NCBI GenBank assembly: GCA_964393745.1 | Contig: CAYMVA010000013.1 | Coordinates: 46,250-110,249, forward strand | From: an uncultured Enterobacteriaceae bacterium | GTDB taxonomy: Bacteria; Pseudomonadota; Gammaproteobacteria; Burkholderiales; SG8-39 | Length of the DNA: 64,000 nucleotides | Direction of reading: 5' to 3' | Shown here: positions 19,384 through 31,467 of the stretch, in pieces | Position numbering within the stretch: the first letter of the stretch is position 1 | How the letters are laid out: each line of letters opens with the position of its first letter | The notes under the pieces: generated by a model | The model's database searches: none | The model's input: the letters and a program-made list of their open reading frames with translations, nothing else | What the model was told of the DNA's origin: nothing | Made by a program: the position numbers and the translations under genes

Positions 19384-20184
19384 ATGAGGACGCTCCTCGT
19401 TCTGCTCGCCCTTACGCTGGCGGCCTGCCAGACCGTGCGCACGACCCAGCCCGGGGTGGTCGGCGTGGATCGCGAGCAATCGATGCTCGTGTCCTCGGCC
19501 TCGATCAATCGCAGCGCCGAACAGGCTTACGCCAAGGTGCTGGCGGAGGCGCAGCGCAAGGGCCAGCTCAACCGCGACGCGGCCCAGCTCGAGCGGGTGC
19601 GCACCATCGCGCGCCGCCTGATTCCGCACAGCGGTGCATTCCGCAGCGACGCGCCGGGCTGGAAATGGGAAGTCAATTTGATCAGCTCCAAGGAAGCGAA
19701 TGCCTGGTGCATGCCTGGCGGCAAGATCGCGTTCAATACCGGCCTGATCGAGCGCCTGCGGCTGAGCGACGACGAAATCGCCGCAGTGATGGGCCACGAG
19801 ATCGCGCATGCGCTGCGCGAGCATGCCCGCGAGCGCGCCTCACAGGCGATGGCGCAGAGCGTGGGCATCGCGGTCATCGCGGCCGCGGCGCGCGTTCCGG
19901 CTGCTGCCGACCTGACGCAGTTGGTGCTCGATGTGACCTTCAACTTGCCCAACTCGCGCACCGACGAAATCGAAGGCGACCGCATCGGCGTCGAGCTCGC
20001 CGCGCGCAGCGGCTACGACCCGCGTGCCGCGGTGACGCTGTGGGAGAAGATGCAGCAAACGGGCGGCGGCCAATCGCCCGAGTTCCTCTCGACCCACCCG
20101 GCGCACGAGAACCGGATCGCCGACCTGCGGGTCTATGCGCAGCGCGTGATGCCGCTCTACGAGCAGGCGCGCGCGCCGCGCTGA
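19384..20184 (+). CDS. M48-family zinc metalloprotease lipoprotein
   Basis: Lipobox LTLAAC, HEIAHALREH (HExxH) and a downstream E...GDRIG. 266 aa. Confidence 0.85.
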   Translation: MRTLLVLLALTLAACQTVRTTQPGVVGVDREQSMLVSSASINRSAEQAYAKVLAEAQRKGQLNRDAAQLERVRTIARRLIPHSGAFRSDAPGWKWEVNLISSKEANAWCMPGGKIAFNTGLIERLRLSDDEIAAVMGHEIAHALREHARERASQAMAQSVGIAVIAAAARVPAAADLTQLVLDVTFNLPNSRTDEIEGDRIGVELAARSGYDPRAAVTLWEKMQQTGGGQSPEFLSTHPAHENRIADLRVYAQRVMPLYEQARAPR

Positions 20185-20247
20185 GCGCAGGGTTTTCCAG
20201 CACGCGCGCTGTGCCATAATTCCACGCTTTCGCAGCGCGAGAATCAG

Positions 20248-21663
20248 ATGGGCCGGACGCTTTACGACAAGCTTTGGGACAGCCACGTGGTGCACGTCGA
20301 GGACGACGGCACCGCGCTGCTCTACGTCGACCGGCACCTGGTGCACGAGGTGACCAGCCCGCAGGCCTACGAAGGGCTGCGGCTCGCCGGGCGCAAGCCG
20401 TGGCGCGTCGAATCGATCGTCGCCACCGCCGACCACAACACGCCGACCACGGGCTGGGAGCGCGGCCTCGACGGCATCGTCGATCCGATCTCGCGCATCC
20501 AGGTGGAGACGCTCGACGCCAACATCCGCAAGCACGGCGCCAAGGCCTACTTCCCGTTCCTCGACAAGCGCCAGGGCATCGTGCACGTGATCGGCCCGGA
20601 GAACGGCGCCACGCTGCCCGGCATGACGGTGGTGTGCGGCGACTCGCACACCAGCACGCACGGCGCCTTCGCCTGCCTGGCGCAGGGCATCGGCACCTCG
20701 GAAGTCGAGCACGTGCTCGCCACGCAGTGCCTGGTGCAGAGGAAGATGAAGAACATGCGCGTCACCGTAGAGGGCAAGACGGCACGCGGCGTCGGTGCGA
20801 AGGACATGGTGCTGGCGATCATCGGCCGCATCGGTATCGCGGGCGGCAGCGGGCACGCGATCGAGTTCGCCGGCGGCGCCATGCGCGCGTTGTCGATGGA
20901 AGGCCGCATGACCGTCTGCAACATGGCGATCGAGGCCGGCGCGCGCGCCGGCATGGTGGCGCTCGACGACACCACGATCGAATATCTGAAAGGGCGGCCG
21001 TTCGCGCCGAGCGGCGACGAGTGGCACGCGGCGGTGGCGCACTGGAAGACGCTCAAGAGCGACCCGGACGCGAAGTTCGAGCGCGAAGTCCAGCTGCGCG
21101 CGGAGGAGATCCCGCCGCAGGTGACCTGGGGCACCTCGCCGGAAATGGTCGCCTCGATCGCCGACACGGTGCCCGACCCGGAGAAGGAGAAAGACGCGCA
21201 GAAGCGAGAGGGGATCGAGCGCGCGCTGCAGTACATGGGCCTCGCGCCGCGCACCCGGATCAGCGATATCCGCCTCGACAAGGTATTCATCGGCTCCTGC
21301 ACCAACTCGCGCATCGAAGACCTGCGCATCGCCGCCGCGGTGGCGAAAGGGCGGCGCGTCGCGCAAAGCATCCGCCTGGCGATGGTGGTGCCGGGCTCGG
21401 GCCTGGTGAAGGCGCAGGCCGAGAAGGAAGGCCTGGACCGTATTTTCCGAGACGCCGGCTTCGAGTGGCGCGAGCCGGGCTGCTCGATGTGCCTGGCGAT
21501 GAACGCCGACCGCCTCGAGCCCGGCGAGCGCTGCGCCTCGACCTCGAACCGCAACTTCGAGGGGCGACAGGGCGCGGGCGGGCGCACGCACCTGGTGAGC
21601 CCCGCGATGGCGGCCGCGGCCGCGATCGCGGGCCATTTCGTAGACGTCCGGCAGTGGCGCTGA
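20248..21663 (+). CDS. leuC: 3-isopropylmalate dehydratase large subunit
   Basis: [15 protein letters not shown]... with aconitase-family Cys motifs ([15 protein letters not shown]). Confidence 0.95.
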   Translation: MGRTLYDKLWDSHVVHVEDDGTALLYVDRHLVHEVTSPQAYEGLRLAGRKPWRVESIVATADHNTPTTGWERGLDGIVDPISRIQVETLDANIRKHGAKAYFPFLDKRQGIVHVIGPENGATLPGMTVVCGDSHTSTHGAFACLAQGIGTSEVEHVLATQCLVQRKMKNMRVTVEGKTARGVGAKDMVLAIIGRIGIAGGSGHAIEFAGGAMRALSMEGRMTVCNMAIEAGARAGMVALDDTTIEYLKGRPFAPSGDEWHAAVAHWKTLKSDPDAKFEREVQLRAEEIPPQVTWGTSPEMVASIADTVPDPEKEKDAQKREGIERALQYMGLAPRTRISDIRLDKVFIGSCTNSRIEDLRIAAAVAKGRRVAQSIRLAMVVPGSGLVKAQAEKEGLDRIFRDAGFEWREPGCSMCLAMNADRLEPGERCASTSNRNFEGRQGAGGRTHLVSPAMAAAAAIAGHFVDVRQWR

Positions 21664-21667
21664 GAAT

Positions 21668-22309
21668 ATGGAAAAGTTCAGTACGCTGACCGGGATCGTG
21701 GCGCCGCTCGACCGCGCCAACGTCGACACCGACCAGATCATCCCGAAGCAGTTCCTGAAGTCGATCCACCGCTCGGGCTACGGTCCCAACCTGTTCGATG
21801 CCTGGCGCTATCTCGATCACGGCGAGCCCGGCATGGACAACACGCGGCGCCCGACGAACCCGCAGTTCGTGCTCAACCAGCCGCGCTACCAGGGCGCCGC
21901 GATCCTGCTGGCGCGCAAGAACTTCGGCTGCGGCTCCTCGCGCGAGCATGCGCCCTGGGCGCTGCAGGATTACGGCTTTCGCTGCGTGATCGCGCCTTCG
22001 CACGCCGACATCTTCTTCAACAACTGCTTCAAGAACGGCTTTCTGCCGGTGGTGCTCGCTGAGAGCGAGGTGGAGGCGCTGTTCCACGACTGCGCTGCGT
22101 TCCCGGGATTCCGCCTGACGGTTGACCTCGCCGAGCAAACGGTGGCGACCGAGAACCGCTCCAAGGTGTTCCGCTTCGAGATCGACCCGTTCCGCAAGTA
22201 TTGCCTGCTCAACGGCCTGGATGAGATCGGGCTGACGCTGCGCCAAGCGGACAAGATCCGCGCCTACGAGGCGAAGCGCCACGCCGAGCTGCCCTGGCTC
22301 TACCGGTAA
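21668..22309 (+). CDS. leuD: 3-isopropylmalate dehydratase small subunit
   Basis: [23 protein letters not shown]...[13 protein letters not shown]. Confidence 0.95.
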   Translation: MEKFSTLTGIVAPLDRANVDTDQIIPKQFLKSIHRSGYGPNLFDAWRYLDHGEPGMDNTRRPTNPQFVLNQPRYQGAAILLARKNFGCGSSREHAPWALQDYGFRCVIAPSHADIFFNNCFKNGFLPVVLAESEVEALFHDCAAFPGFRLTVDLAEQTVATENRSKVFRFEIDPFRKYCLLNGLDEIGLTLRQADKIRAYEAKRHAELPWLYR

Positions 22310-22313
22310 GGCC

Positions 22314-23375
22314 ATGAAGATCGCGGTATTGCCGGGCGACGGCATCGGCGGTGAGATCGTTGCGCAGGCGCTCAAGGTACTGCAGCGGCTGGAGCTTCCC
22401 CTCGAGCTGGCGCAGGCTCCGGTCGGCGGCGCTGGCTACGACGCCGCAGGGGACCCGCTGCCCGAAGCGACGCTGGCGCTCGCCAGGGGCGCCGACGCGA
22501 TCCTGTTCGGCGCCGTCGGCGGCCCGCGCTACGACCAGCTGCCGCGCGCCAAGCGCCCCGAGCAGGCGATCCTGGGATTGAGGAAGGCGCTCGGGCTGTT
22601 CGCCAACTTGCGGCCGGCACAGGTCTACAGCGAGCTCGCGGGCGCTTCCGCGCTCAGGCCCGAGGTGGTCGCGGGGCTCGACCTGCTGATCGTGCGCGAG
22701 CTGACCGGCGACATCTACTTCGGCCAGCCGCGCGGCGTGCGCGCGGCCGAGGACGGTGGCCGCGAAGGCTTCGACACCATGCGCTATAGCGAAAGCGAGA
22801 TCCGGCGCATCGCCAAGGTGGCATTCGAGGCGGCGCGCAAGCGCGCCCGGCGCGTCTGCTCGGTGGACAAGGCGAACGTGCTCGAGACCTCGCAGCTGTG
22901 GCGCGAGGTGGTGAGCGCCGAAGCCGCGCACTACCCGGACATCGAGCTGTCGCACATGTACGTCGACAACTGCGCGATGCAGCTGGTGAGGAACCCCAAG
23001 CAGTTCGACGTCATCGTCACCGGCAACCTGTTCGGCGACATCCTGTCGGACGAAGCCTCGATGCTCACCGGGTCGATCGGCATGCTGCCATCGGCATCGC
23101 TGGATGCAAACGGCAAGGGCCTGTACGAGCCGATCCACGGCTCGGCGCCGGACATCGCCGGGCAGGACGTCGCCAATCCGCTCGCGACCATTCTCTCGGC
23201 GGCGATGATGCTGCGCCATTCGCTCGCGCAGCCGCAGGCCGCCGAGCGCATCGAGCGCGCGGTGCAGCGCGTGCTGCGCGAGGGCCTGCGCACCGCCGAC
23301 ATATATACTGCGGGGACGAAAAAAGTGGGCACGCAAGAGATGGGCGACGCGGTGGTCGCGGCGCTCGGCAAATAG
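22314..23375 (+). CDS. leuB: 3-isopropylmalate dehydrogenase
   Basis: [15 protein letters not shown]...[26 protein letters not shown]. Confidence 0.95.
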   Translation: MKIAVLPGDGIGGEIVAQALKVLQRLELPLELAQAPVGGAGYDAAGDPLPEATLALARGADAILFGAVGGPRYDQLPRAKRPEQAILGLRKALGLFANLRPAQVYSELAGASALRPEVVAGLDLLIVRELTGDIYFGQPRGVRAAEDGGREGFDTMRYSESEIRRIAKVAFEAARKRARRVCSVDKANVLETSQLWREVVSAEAAHYPDIELSHMYVDNCAMQLVRNPKQFDVIVTGNLFGDILSDEASMLTGSIGMLPSASLDANGKGLYEPIHGSAPDIAGQDVANPLATILSAAMMLRHSLAQPQAAERIERAVQRVLREGLRTADIYTAGTKKVGTQEMGDAVVAALGK

Positions 23376-23392
23376 TGCTCGCAGGACACGCA

Positions 23393-24517
23393 ATGCTCAG
23401 AATCGGAATCGTCGGCTGGCGCGGAATGGTGGGCTCGGTGCTCGTGCAACGCATGCGCGAGGAGCGGGACTTCGACCATCTCGAGCCGGTGTTCTTCTCC
23501 ACCTCGCAGGCGGGCGCCAAGGGCCCCGCGATCGGCAAGGAGGCGGCGCCGGTGCAGGACGCGATGAACCTGGAGCAGCTGCGGCAGCTCCCGGTGATCA
23601 TTTCCTGCCAGGGCGGCGACTACACCAACGAAATCTATCCCCGGTTGCGGCAGGCGGGCTGGAACGGCTACTGGATCGACGCCGCGAGCGCGCTGCGCAT
23701 GAAGGACGATGCTGTGATCATCCTCGACCCGGTCAACCTGGCGCTGATCCGGGACTCGGTGCGCAACGGCGGGCGCAACTTCATCGGCAGCAACTGCACG
23801 GTCGGCCTGATGATGATGGGCATGGCGGGCCTGTTCCAGCACGATCTGGTGGACTGGATGACCTGCATGACCTACCAGGCGGCCTCCGGCGCCGGCGCGG
23901 CCAACATGCGCGAGCTGGTGGCGCAGATGAGGAAACTGAGCGATGGCGCCTCGCGGCTGCTCGACGATCCTGCAGCGAGCGCGCTCGACATCGACCGCAA
24001 TGTCACCGAGACGTTGCGCGCGCCCGGGCTGCCGAAAGAGCACACCGGCTTTCCGCTCGCCGCCAGCCTGCTGCCATGGATCGACAAGGACCTCGGCAAT
24101 GGCCAGAGCCGCGAGGAGTGGAAAGCGGGCGCCGAAGCCAACAAGATCCTCGGCCGCAGCGAGCGGCCGATTCCCGTGGACGGCATCTGCGTGCGCGTGG
24201 GCGCGATGCGCTGCCACAGCCAGGCGCTTACGGTGAAGCTGCGCCGCGACGTGCCGCTGGACGAGATCGAGGGCATGCTCGCCGAGGCAAACGAATGGGT
24301 GAAGCTGGTTCCCAACCGGCGCGAGGAGTCTTTGGCGGAGCTCACGCCCGCCGCGGTCACCGGCAAGCTGTCGGTGCCGGTGGGCAGGCTGCGCAAAATG
24401 CAGATGGGCGGCGAGTATCTTGCCGCTTTCACCGTTGGCGATCAGCTGCTATGGGGTGCGGCCGAGCCGCTTCGCCGCATGGTTCATATCCTGCTCGATG
24501 CAGGGGTCCGTTCGTGA
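23393..24517 (+). CDS. asd: Aspartate-semialdehyde dehydrogenase
   Basis: [17 protein letters not shown]...GSNCTV (active-site Cys). In-frame ATG at 23393. Confidence 0.93.
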   Translation: MLRIGIVGWRGMVGSVLVQRMREERDFDHLEPVFFSTSQAGAKGPAIGKEAAPVQDAMNLEQLRQLPVIISCQGGDYTNEIYPRLRQAGWNGYWIDAASALRMKDDAVIILDPVNLALIRDSVRNGGRNFIGSNCTVGLMMMGMAGLFQHDLVDWMTCMTYQAASGAGAANMRELVAQMRKLSDGASRLLDDPAASALDIDRNVTETLRAPGLPKEHTGFPLAASLLPWIDKDLGNGQSREEWKAGAEANKILGRSERPIPVDGICVRVGAMRCHSQALTVKLRRDVPLDEIEGMLAEANEWVKLVPNRREESLAELTPAAVTGKLSVPVGRLRKMQMGGEYLAAFTVGDQLLWGAAEPLRRMVHILLDAGVRS

Positions 24518-24649
24518 CCCCGCGCAGGGAAAAATTCCTTTTCCTGCAAGGTACTACAGTAGCAATATCAAGACTCTCTCTCAGGTTGCACGCCTAACGC
24601 CATGATGTTATGGTACTCAATCCCAGAAGAACGACTCAGGGTGGTGCCA

Positions 24650-27094
24650 GTGAGTAAATGGGTCACCGGATTTCGGCTTGCTTTAGCCGCGCTGCTCTTT
24701 GTGCCGCTGCTCGCGCATGCCGCCGGACTGGGCAGGCTGACGGTGCAGTCCGCCTTGGGCCAGCCGCTCGCGGCCGAGATCGAGATCGTCTCGCTGCAAC
24801 CGGGCGAGGACGATAGCCTGAATGCGCGGCTCGCTTCGCAGGAAGCGTTCCGCCAGGCTGGAATCGAGATGAGTTCCGCGCTCATAGGCGTGCGCTTCGC
24901 AATCGAGCGCCGCGCCGGGCGGCCAGTGATCCGCGTCAGCACCCTGCAGGCGGTGAACGAGCCGTTTCTCGATCTGCTGGTGGAATTGCAATGGGCTACT
25001 GGCCGGCTGGTGCGGGAATACACGTTCCTGCTCGACCCGCCCGAGTACAAGGGACCGCAGCCGATCGCGGCGGCGCCCGCGCCCGCGGCGAAACCGGCGC
25101 CCGCAGTTGAGGCGGTGAAGCCGGCGCCAAGCGTCGAAGCGAGACCGATTACGCCTGCGCCGTCGGCAGCGGCGCCGGCTGGCTCGTACGAAGTGAAAAA
25201 GGGCGACACCCTCGGCGCGATCGCGCGGGACAACCGGCCGGCTGGCGTCACCTTCAACCAGATGCTGATCGCGCTGTACCGCGCGAACCAATCGGCATTC
25301 ATCCGTGAAAACATCAACCTGGTTCGCGCCGGGCGCATCCTGACGATTCCGGACCGCAGCGCCATCGAGGCCGTGGATGTGGCGGAGGCCAACCGCCTAG
25401 TGCAAACGCATCACGCGGAATTCGCCGAGTACCGGCGGCAGCTCGGCATGGCGGTTGCGGCAGCGCCGGCGGCGCCAGCGCCGCGCGAGCGCGAGGTCGC
25501 TGGCCGCATCACCGCCAAGCCCGGCGCGCCTGCGCCGGCTGAGTCGAAGGACCAGCTGAAACTGTCTCGCGCCGACGTTGCCCCCGCGACTGCGGCCGGG
25601 CGTGCTGCGCGCGAAGACGACCGCATCGCGCGAGAGCGGGCGCTGAAGGATGCGCAGTCGCGCGCCACCGATCTGGAAAAGAACGTCACCGACCTGCAAA
25701 AGCTGGTGGAGCTGAAAAACCAGCAACTGGCGGAACTCGAGAAGAAGGCGGGAGCCAAGCCCGCTCCAGAGGCGCCCAAGCCTGCTCCAGAAGCACCCAA
25801 GCCCGCGGCAGAGGCGCCCAAGCCGGCGCCGGAAGCAGCCAAGGCACCGGAGGCAGCGAAGCCTGCGGCTGAAGCGCCGAAGCCGGCTGTCGCAGCGGCC
25901 AAGCCCAAGCCGAGGCCTGCGGCACCTCCGCCGCCGCCTCCGCCAAGCTTGGTGGACGAGTTCCTCGACAACCCGGTCGCTCTGGGCGGGCTCGGCGGCG
26001 TGGTGGTGCTGCTGGCTGGCTACGGCATCTGGGCATGGCGGCGCCGGAAAGGGTCGGCGACCAAGTTCCAGGACAGCGTGCTCACCGGCCAGGGCGCCGG
26101 ACCTGCCGCAGGCGCCGCAGTTGGCCCTGTTGCAGCCGCCGGTGCCGCCGCGACCTCGGTAGCCTCGGTCAGCCAGACTGCCGTCGGCGGGGGGAGCGAA
26201 GAAGTCGATCCGATCGCCGAGGCGGACGTTTACATGGCGTACGGGCGCGATGCCCAGGCCGAGGAAATCCTGAAAGAGGCCCTAGCCAAGGACGCCAATC
26301 GCGTGCCGGTGCACGTAAAGCTGCTCGAGATCTACGCCAACCGGCGCGACAAGCGGGGCTTCGAGCAGACCGCGCTCAAGGTGAAGAACCTGACCCATGG
26401 CACCGGGCCGGAGTGGGAGAAGGCTGCCGCTCTGGGCCGCACCGTCGATCCCGGCAGCGGTCTGTATGGCGGGGCGCCCGACGCCACACAGGCGATCGCG
26501 CCAAAGGCGATCGCACAGAGCGCCGCTGCGCCTACGATCGACATCGACATCACGGGCGGCGGACTGGCGCGCACCGCGACGGCGCCGGCGAGCACCGCGG
26601 CAGGGCTCGATTTCGACCTCGGCGCGACCACGCCCGGGATGCCCAAGCCGAAGAGCGATTTCACGGCCGAAGGCACGCTCATCATGGACAGGCCGTCGGG
26701 TTCCGCCGAAGTGCCGGCGCTCGACTTCAATCTGGGCGATACCACCACCCTCAAGACCGACACACTGCCGACTAGAGCCGCCTCGCCGTCCGCCGGTAGC
26801 GGCTCGATCGACTTCGACCTGAACATCGATCTGGGCGGCGCGCAACCGGCACTGGCTGCGGATGCGCCCCTCGACCTCGGTGCGCTGAACCTCGATCTGG
26901 GCGCGCCCGCGGGCGGCGGGCCGGCGGCGTCCGATCCCAAGTGGCAGGAGGTGGCGACCAAGCTCGACCTCGCCAAGGCCTACGAAGAGATGGGCGACAA
27001 GGATGGCGCGCGCGAGTTGCTCAACGAAGTGCTCAGGGAAGGCGACGCCGCGCAGAAGGGTCAGGCCAAGCAGATGCTCTCCAACCTGCGCTAG
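24650..27094 (+). CDS. fimV: FimV-like peptidoglycan-binding protein (FimV N-domain, LysM, coiled coil, TM, FimV C-terminal TPR-like motif)
   Basis: LGRLTVQSALGQPL.AEIEI...LLDPPEY, LysM (YEVKKGDTLGAIAR), and a C-terminal KLDLAKAYEEMGDKDGARELLNEVL. asd-fimV-truA synteny. GTG 24650 after AGGGTGG is preferred; ATG 24602 is possible. Confidence 0.85.
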   Translation: MSKWVTGFRLALAALLFVPLLAHAAGLGRLTVQSALGQPLAAEIEIVSLQPGEDDSLNARLASQEAFRQAGIEMSSALIGVRFAIERRAGRPVIRVSTLQAVNEPFLDLLVELQWATGRLVREYTFLLDPPEYKGPQPIAAAPAPAAKPAPAVEAVKPAPSVEARPITPAPSAAAPAGSYEVKKGDTLGAIARDNRPAGVTFNQMLIALYRANQSAFIRENINLVRAGRILTIPDRSAIEAVDVAEANRLVQTHHAEFAEYRRQLGMAVAAAPAAPAPREREVAGRITAKPGAPAPAESKDQLKLSRADVAPATAAGRAAREDDRIARERALKDAQSRATDLEKNVTDLQKLVELKNQQLAELEKKAGAKPAPEAPKPAPEAPKPAAEAPKPAPEAAKAPEAAKPAAEAPKPAVAAAKPKPRPAAPPPPPPPSLVDEFLDNPVALGGLGGVVVLLAGYGIWAWRRRKGSATKFQDSVLTGQGAGPAAGAAVGPVAAAGAAATSVASVSQTAVGGGSEEVDPIAEADVYMAYGRDAQAEEILKEALAKDANRVPVHVKLLEIYANRRDKRGFEQTALKVKNLTHGTGPEWEKAAALGRTVDPGSGLYGGAPDATQAIAPKAIAQSAAAPTIDIDITGGGLARTATAPASTAAGLDFDLGATTPGMPKPKSDFTAEGTLIMDRPSGSAEVPALDFNLGDTTTLKTDTLPTRAASPSAGSGSIDFDLNIDLGGAQPALAADAPLDLGALNLDLGAPAGGGPAASDPKWQEVATKLDLAKAYEEMGDKDGARELLNEVLREGDAAQKGQAKQMLSNLR
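25755..25910 (+). repeat. In-frame ~15-nt tandem repeats encoding (A/P)KPAPEA units inside fimV
   Basis: Direct reading: APKPAPEAPKPAPEAPKPAAEAPKPAPEAAKAPEAAKPAAEAPKPA. Confidence 0.8.
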
Positions 27095-27125
27095 CCCCGG
27101 CGCGGGACACGGAGGCGGAATCTCG

Positions 27126-27160
27126 AAGCCGCGGCGCGCAAGCGACCGCGGCTTTTCGTT
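27126..27160 (+). terminator. Rho-independent terminator after fimV
   Basis: AAGCCGCGG-loop-CCGCGGCTT followed by TTCGTTT. Confidence 0.7.
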
Positions 27161-27161
27161 T

Positions 27162-27971
27162 ATGGCGATGAGAATTGCACTCGGTATTGAATACGACGGC
27201 AGCCGCTTCCTCGGTTGGCAGACGCAACCTGGCGGCGGCACGGTGCAGGACGCGCTCGAAAGCGCGATCGGCGTGATCGCAGGCGAGCAGGTTGCGCTCA
27301 CCTGCGCCGGGCGCACCGACCGCGGCGTGCATGCGCGCGCCCAGGTGGCGCATTTCGACACCCCCGCCCAGCGGCCGCTGGGCGCCTGGGTGCGCGGCGT
27401 CAATGCGCTGCTGCCGGAATCTGCGGCGGTGCAGTGGGCGCTGCCGGTGCCCGCCGAGTTCCATGCGCGCTATGCGGCGCGCTCGCGCAGCTACCGTTAC
27501 GTGCTGCTCAACCGCGCGGTGCGGCCGGCGCTCGCGGCGCGCTACGCCGGCTGGCTGCATGCGCCGCTCGAGCTTGAGGCGATGCGCGCAGCGGCGCTGC
27601 TGCTCGCCGGCGAGCACGACTTCTCCGCCTTTCGCTCGGCCGAGTGCCAGGCCAAGAACCCGGTGCGCACGCTGTACGCGCTCGACATCGAGCGCCGCGG
27701 CGAGCGCCTCGATTTCGTGGTGCGCGCCAACGCCTTCCTGCATCACATGGTGCGCAACCTGGTGGGCACCCTGGTCCTGATCGGCAGGGGCAAGCGGCCG
27801 CCGCTGTGGGCGCGCGAAGTGCTCGAATCTCGCGACCGCACGCTTGCGGCGCCGACCTTCGCGGCCGAGGGCCTGTACCTCGAGGCGGTCGAATACGAAC
27901 CGCATTGGGGCCTGCCGCAGGCACCCGGCGGGCTGGTCGGCGTGCCGGTCTTGCAGGCGGCGCAGCCGTGA
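27162..27971 (+). CDS. truA: tRNA pseudouridine(38-40) synthase
   Basis: MAMRIALGIEYDGSRFLGWQ.Q...CAGRTDRGVHA (catalytic Asp). Confidence 0.93.
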   Translation: MAMRIALGIEYDGSRFLGWQTQPGGGTVQDALESAIGVIAGEQVALTCAGRTDRGVHARAQVAHFDTPAQRPLGAWVRGVNALLPESAAVQWALPVPAEFHARYAARSRSYRYVLLNRAVRPALAARYAGWLHAPLELEAMRAAALLLAGEHDFSAFRSAECQAKNPVRTLYALDIERRGERLDFVVRANAFLHHMVRNLVGTLVLIGRGKRPPLWAREVLESRDRTLAAPTFAAEGLYLEAVEYEPHWGLPQAPGGLVGVPVLQAAQP

Positions 27972-28574
27972 GAACACGCGTCAAGATCTGCGGCCTTACC
28001 CGCGAGAGCGACGTGCAGGCCGCGGCCGATGCGGGAGCGGACGCGCTCGGGCTGGTGTTCTATCCGCCCAGCCCGAGGTTCCTTGCGCTCGAGCAGGCGC
28101 GCGCGCTGCGCCGTGCGGTGCCGCCGTTCGTGAGCGCGATCGCGCTGTTCGTCAACCCATCGGCCGAGGAAGTCGAGCGCGTGCTCGAGCGCGTGCAGCC
28201 CGACGCGCTGCAGTTCCATGGCGAGGAAACGCCCGAATTCTGCGCCCGCTTCGGCGTGCCCTACATCAAGGCATGCCGCGTGAGGCAGGGGGTCGATTTG
28301 CTAGAATACTGGCGGCCGTTTTCCGGCGCCAGCGGCTGGCTGGCGGACGCTTTCGTTGAGGCATACGGCGGCGCCGGAGCGAGCTTCGACTGGACGCTGG
28401 TGCCGGCGAAATTGGACCGGCCGCTGATCGTTTCCGGCGGGCTGAGACGCGACAACGTGCGCCAGGCGATCCGCGCGCTGCGGCCGTGGGCAGTGGACGT
28501 GTCGAGCGGCGTCGAATCCGCCAAAGGCATCAAGGACGCGGCCAGGATCGCCGCCTTCATCGGAGAGGTCAGGA

Positions 28575-28588
<14 letters not shown>
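27968..28588 (+). CDS. trpF: Phosphoribosylanthranilate isomerase
   Basis: GTG overlaps the truA stop (GTGA). [12 protein letters not shown]...LSGGL..DNV. Confidence 0.9.
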
Positions 28589-29773
<1,185 letters not shown>

Positions 29774-29774
<1 letters not shown>

Positions 29775-30601
29775 TGTCGCGCATCCGCGGGCGCTTCGAG
29801 GCGCTGGCGGCGGCCGGGCGCAAAGCGCTCATCCCGTACCTCACCGCCGGCGATCCGGATCCCTCGCTTACGGTGCCGCTGATGCGCGCCCTGGTCGAGG
29901 CGGGCGCCGACATCGTAGAACTGGGCGTGCCGTTCTCCGACCCGATGGCGGACGGCCCGGCGCTGCAACGCTCTTCGGAGCGCGCGCTCGCCAAGGGCAT
30001 GTCGCTGGCACGGGTGCTCGACCTGGTGCGCGAGTTCCGCGCCGCGGACGCCAAGACACCGGTGGTCCTGATGGGCTACGCCAACCCCATCGAGGCGATG
30101 GGCGCGGACAAGTTCATCGCCGGCGCCAAGGACGCGGGAGTCGACGGCGTGATCGTGGTCGATTACCCGCCCGAGGAATGCGTCGAGTTCGCCGCGCGCG
30201 CCAAGGCTAACGGCATCGATCCCATCTTCCTGCTGGCGCCGACTTCGACCGACCGGCGCATCGACGAGGTGGCGCGCGTTGCGAGCGGCTTCATTTACTA
30301 CGTGTCGTTGCGCGGCACTACCGGCGCCAGGCATCTGGACGCCGCCAGCGTCGCCGACAGGATGCCGCGCCTGCGCGCCGCCACCAAGCTGCCGATCGGC
30401 GTCGGCTTCGGCATCCGCGACGCCGAATCGGCGCGCCGCGTGGCCGCGGTTGCGGACGCGGTGGTGATCGGCGCGCGCATCATGGAGGAGATCGAGTCGG
30501 GCGGCGCCGAAAGCGCGCCGGCGCGCGTCAAGGCGTTGCTGCGGCCGATCCGCGCCGCGCTGGACGACATGGTCTCCGGCAAGACCAAGGCATTGGCATG
30601 A
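29774..30601 (+). CDS. trpA: Tryptophan synthase alpha chain
   Basis: ATG overlaps the trpB stop. [11 protein letters not shown]...[14 protein letters not shown]. Confidence 0.93.
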
Positions 30602-31467
30602 GCTGGCTGCAGAAGCTGCTGCCGCCCAAGATCCAGCGCGGCACCGGGCCGAAGAAGACCGTGCCCGAGGGCCTTTGGACCAAGTGCCCGGCGTGCAATG
30701 CGGTGCTCTACAGCACCGACCTGGAAAAGAACCTCAACGTCTGTCCCAAGTGCGGCGATCATCAGCGCATCGGCGCGCGCGCGCGGCTCGACGGCCTGCT
30801 CGACCCCGACGGCCGCTTCGAGATCGGCGCCGAGGTGCTGCCGGTGGACAGCCTGAAGTTCAAGGATTCCAAGCGCTATCCAGACCGGCTGCAGGAGGCG
30901 CAGGCGGCGACCGGCGAGAGCGACGCGCTGGTGGTGATGCAGGGCTCGATCAAGTCGCTGGGTGTGGTGTGCGCGGCGTTCGAGTTCGAGTTCATGGGCG
31001 GCTCGATGGGCTCGGTGGTGGGCGAGCGCCTGGTGCGCGGGGTGCACGTCGCGGTCGAGCAGAAGCTGCCGTTGATCATAGTCACCGCGACCGGCGGCGC
31101 GCGCATGCAGGAAGGGCTGCTGTCGCTCATGCAGATGGCGAAGACCACGGCCGCGCTCACCGAGCTCGCGGAGCGCGGGCTGCCGTTCGTCACCGTGCTC
31201 ACCGACCCGACCATGGGCGGCGTCTCGGCAAGCTTCGCCATGATCGGCGACATCGTGCTCGCGGAGCCTAAGGCGCTGATCGGCTTTGCCGGGCCGCGCG
31301 TCATCGAGCAGACCGTGCGCCAGAAGTTGCCCGAGGGTTTCCAGCGCGCCGAATTTCTGCTGGAGAAGGGCGCGGTCGACATGATCGTGGACCGCCGGCA
31401 GCTGCGCGACAAGCTGCACGCGCTGCTCGCGCTGCTGCTCGGGAAACCTTCCGACTCGGCCTCGTGA
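30598..31467 (+). CDS. accD: Acetyl-CoA carboxylase carboxyltransferase beta subunit
   Basis: Zn-ribbon CPAC...CPKC, and [10 protein letters not shown]...GGARMQEG. Confidence 0.95.
   Translation: MSWLQKLLPPKIQRGTGPKKTVPEGLWTKCPACNAVLYSTDLEKNLNVCPKCGDHQRIGARARLDGLLDPDGRFEIGAEVLPVDSLKFKDSKRYPDRLQEAQAATGESDALVVMQGSIKSLGVVCAAFEFEFMGGSMGSVVGERLVRGVHVAVEQKLPLIIVTATGGARMQEGLLSLMQMAKTTAALTELAERGLPFVTVLTDPTMGGVSASFAMIGDIVLAEPKALIGFAGPRVIEQTVRQKLPEGFQRAEFLLEKGAVDMIVDRRQLRDKLHALLALLLGKPSDSAS

Noticed and set aside
19840-21741. A 633-aa minus-strand ORF antisense to the M48 protease and leuC. Similar very long shadow ORFs occur at 360-1070(-), 2566-3555(-), 6837-8168(-), 7862-9829(+), 10366-11976(+), 22209-23393(-), 47088-48653(-), 50953-53034(-), 51237-53111(+) and 55702-56550(+), among others.
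   Set aside because: They are Arg/Ala/Gly/Pro/His-rich with no recognisable motifs. Each lies opposite to, or out of frame with, a gene that has unmistakable family signatures. Stop-codon scarcity in high-GC DNA generates such shadows.
24518-24649. The asd-fimV spacer hairpin (GCAGGGAAAA-ATT-CCTTTTCCTGC) as an ncRNA or terminator.
   Set aside because: The stem is imperfect, no T-run follows, and the remaining spacer has no conserved-looking structure. It is insufficient to call.
25755-25910. Regularly spaced short repeats that could be mistaken for a CRISPR-like array.
   Set aside because: The units are contiguous 15-nt coding repeats (PKPAPEA) inside fimV, with no spacers and no cas genes.
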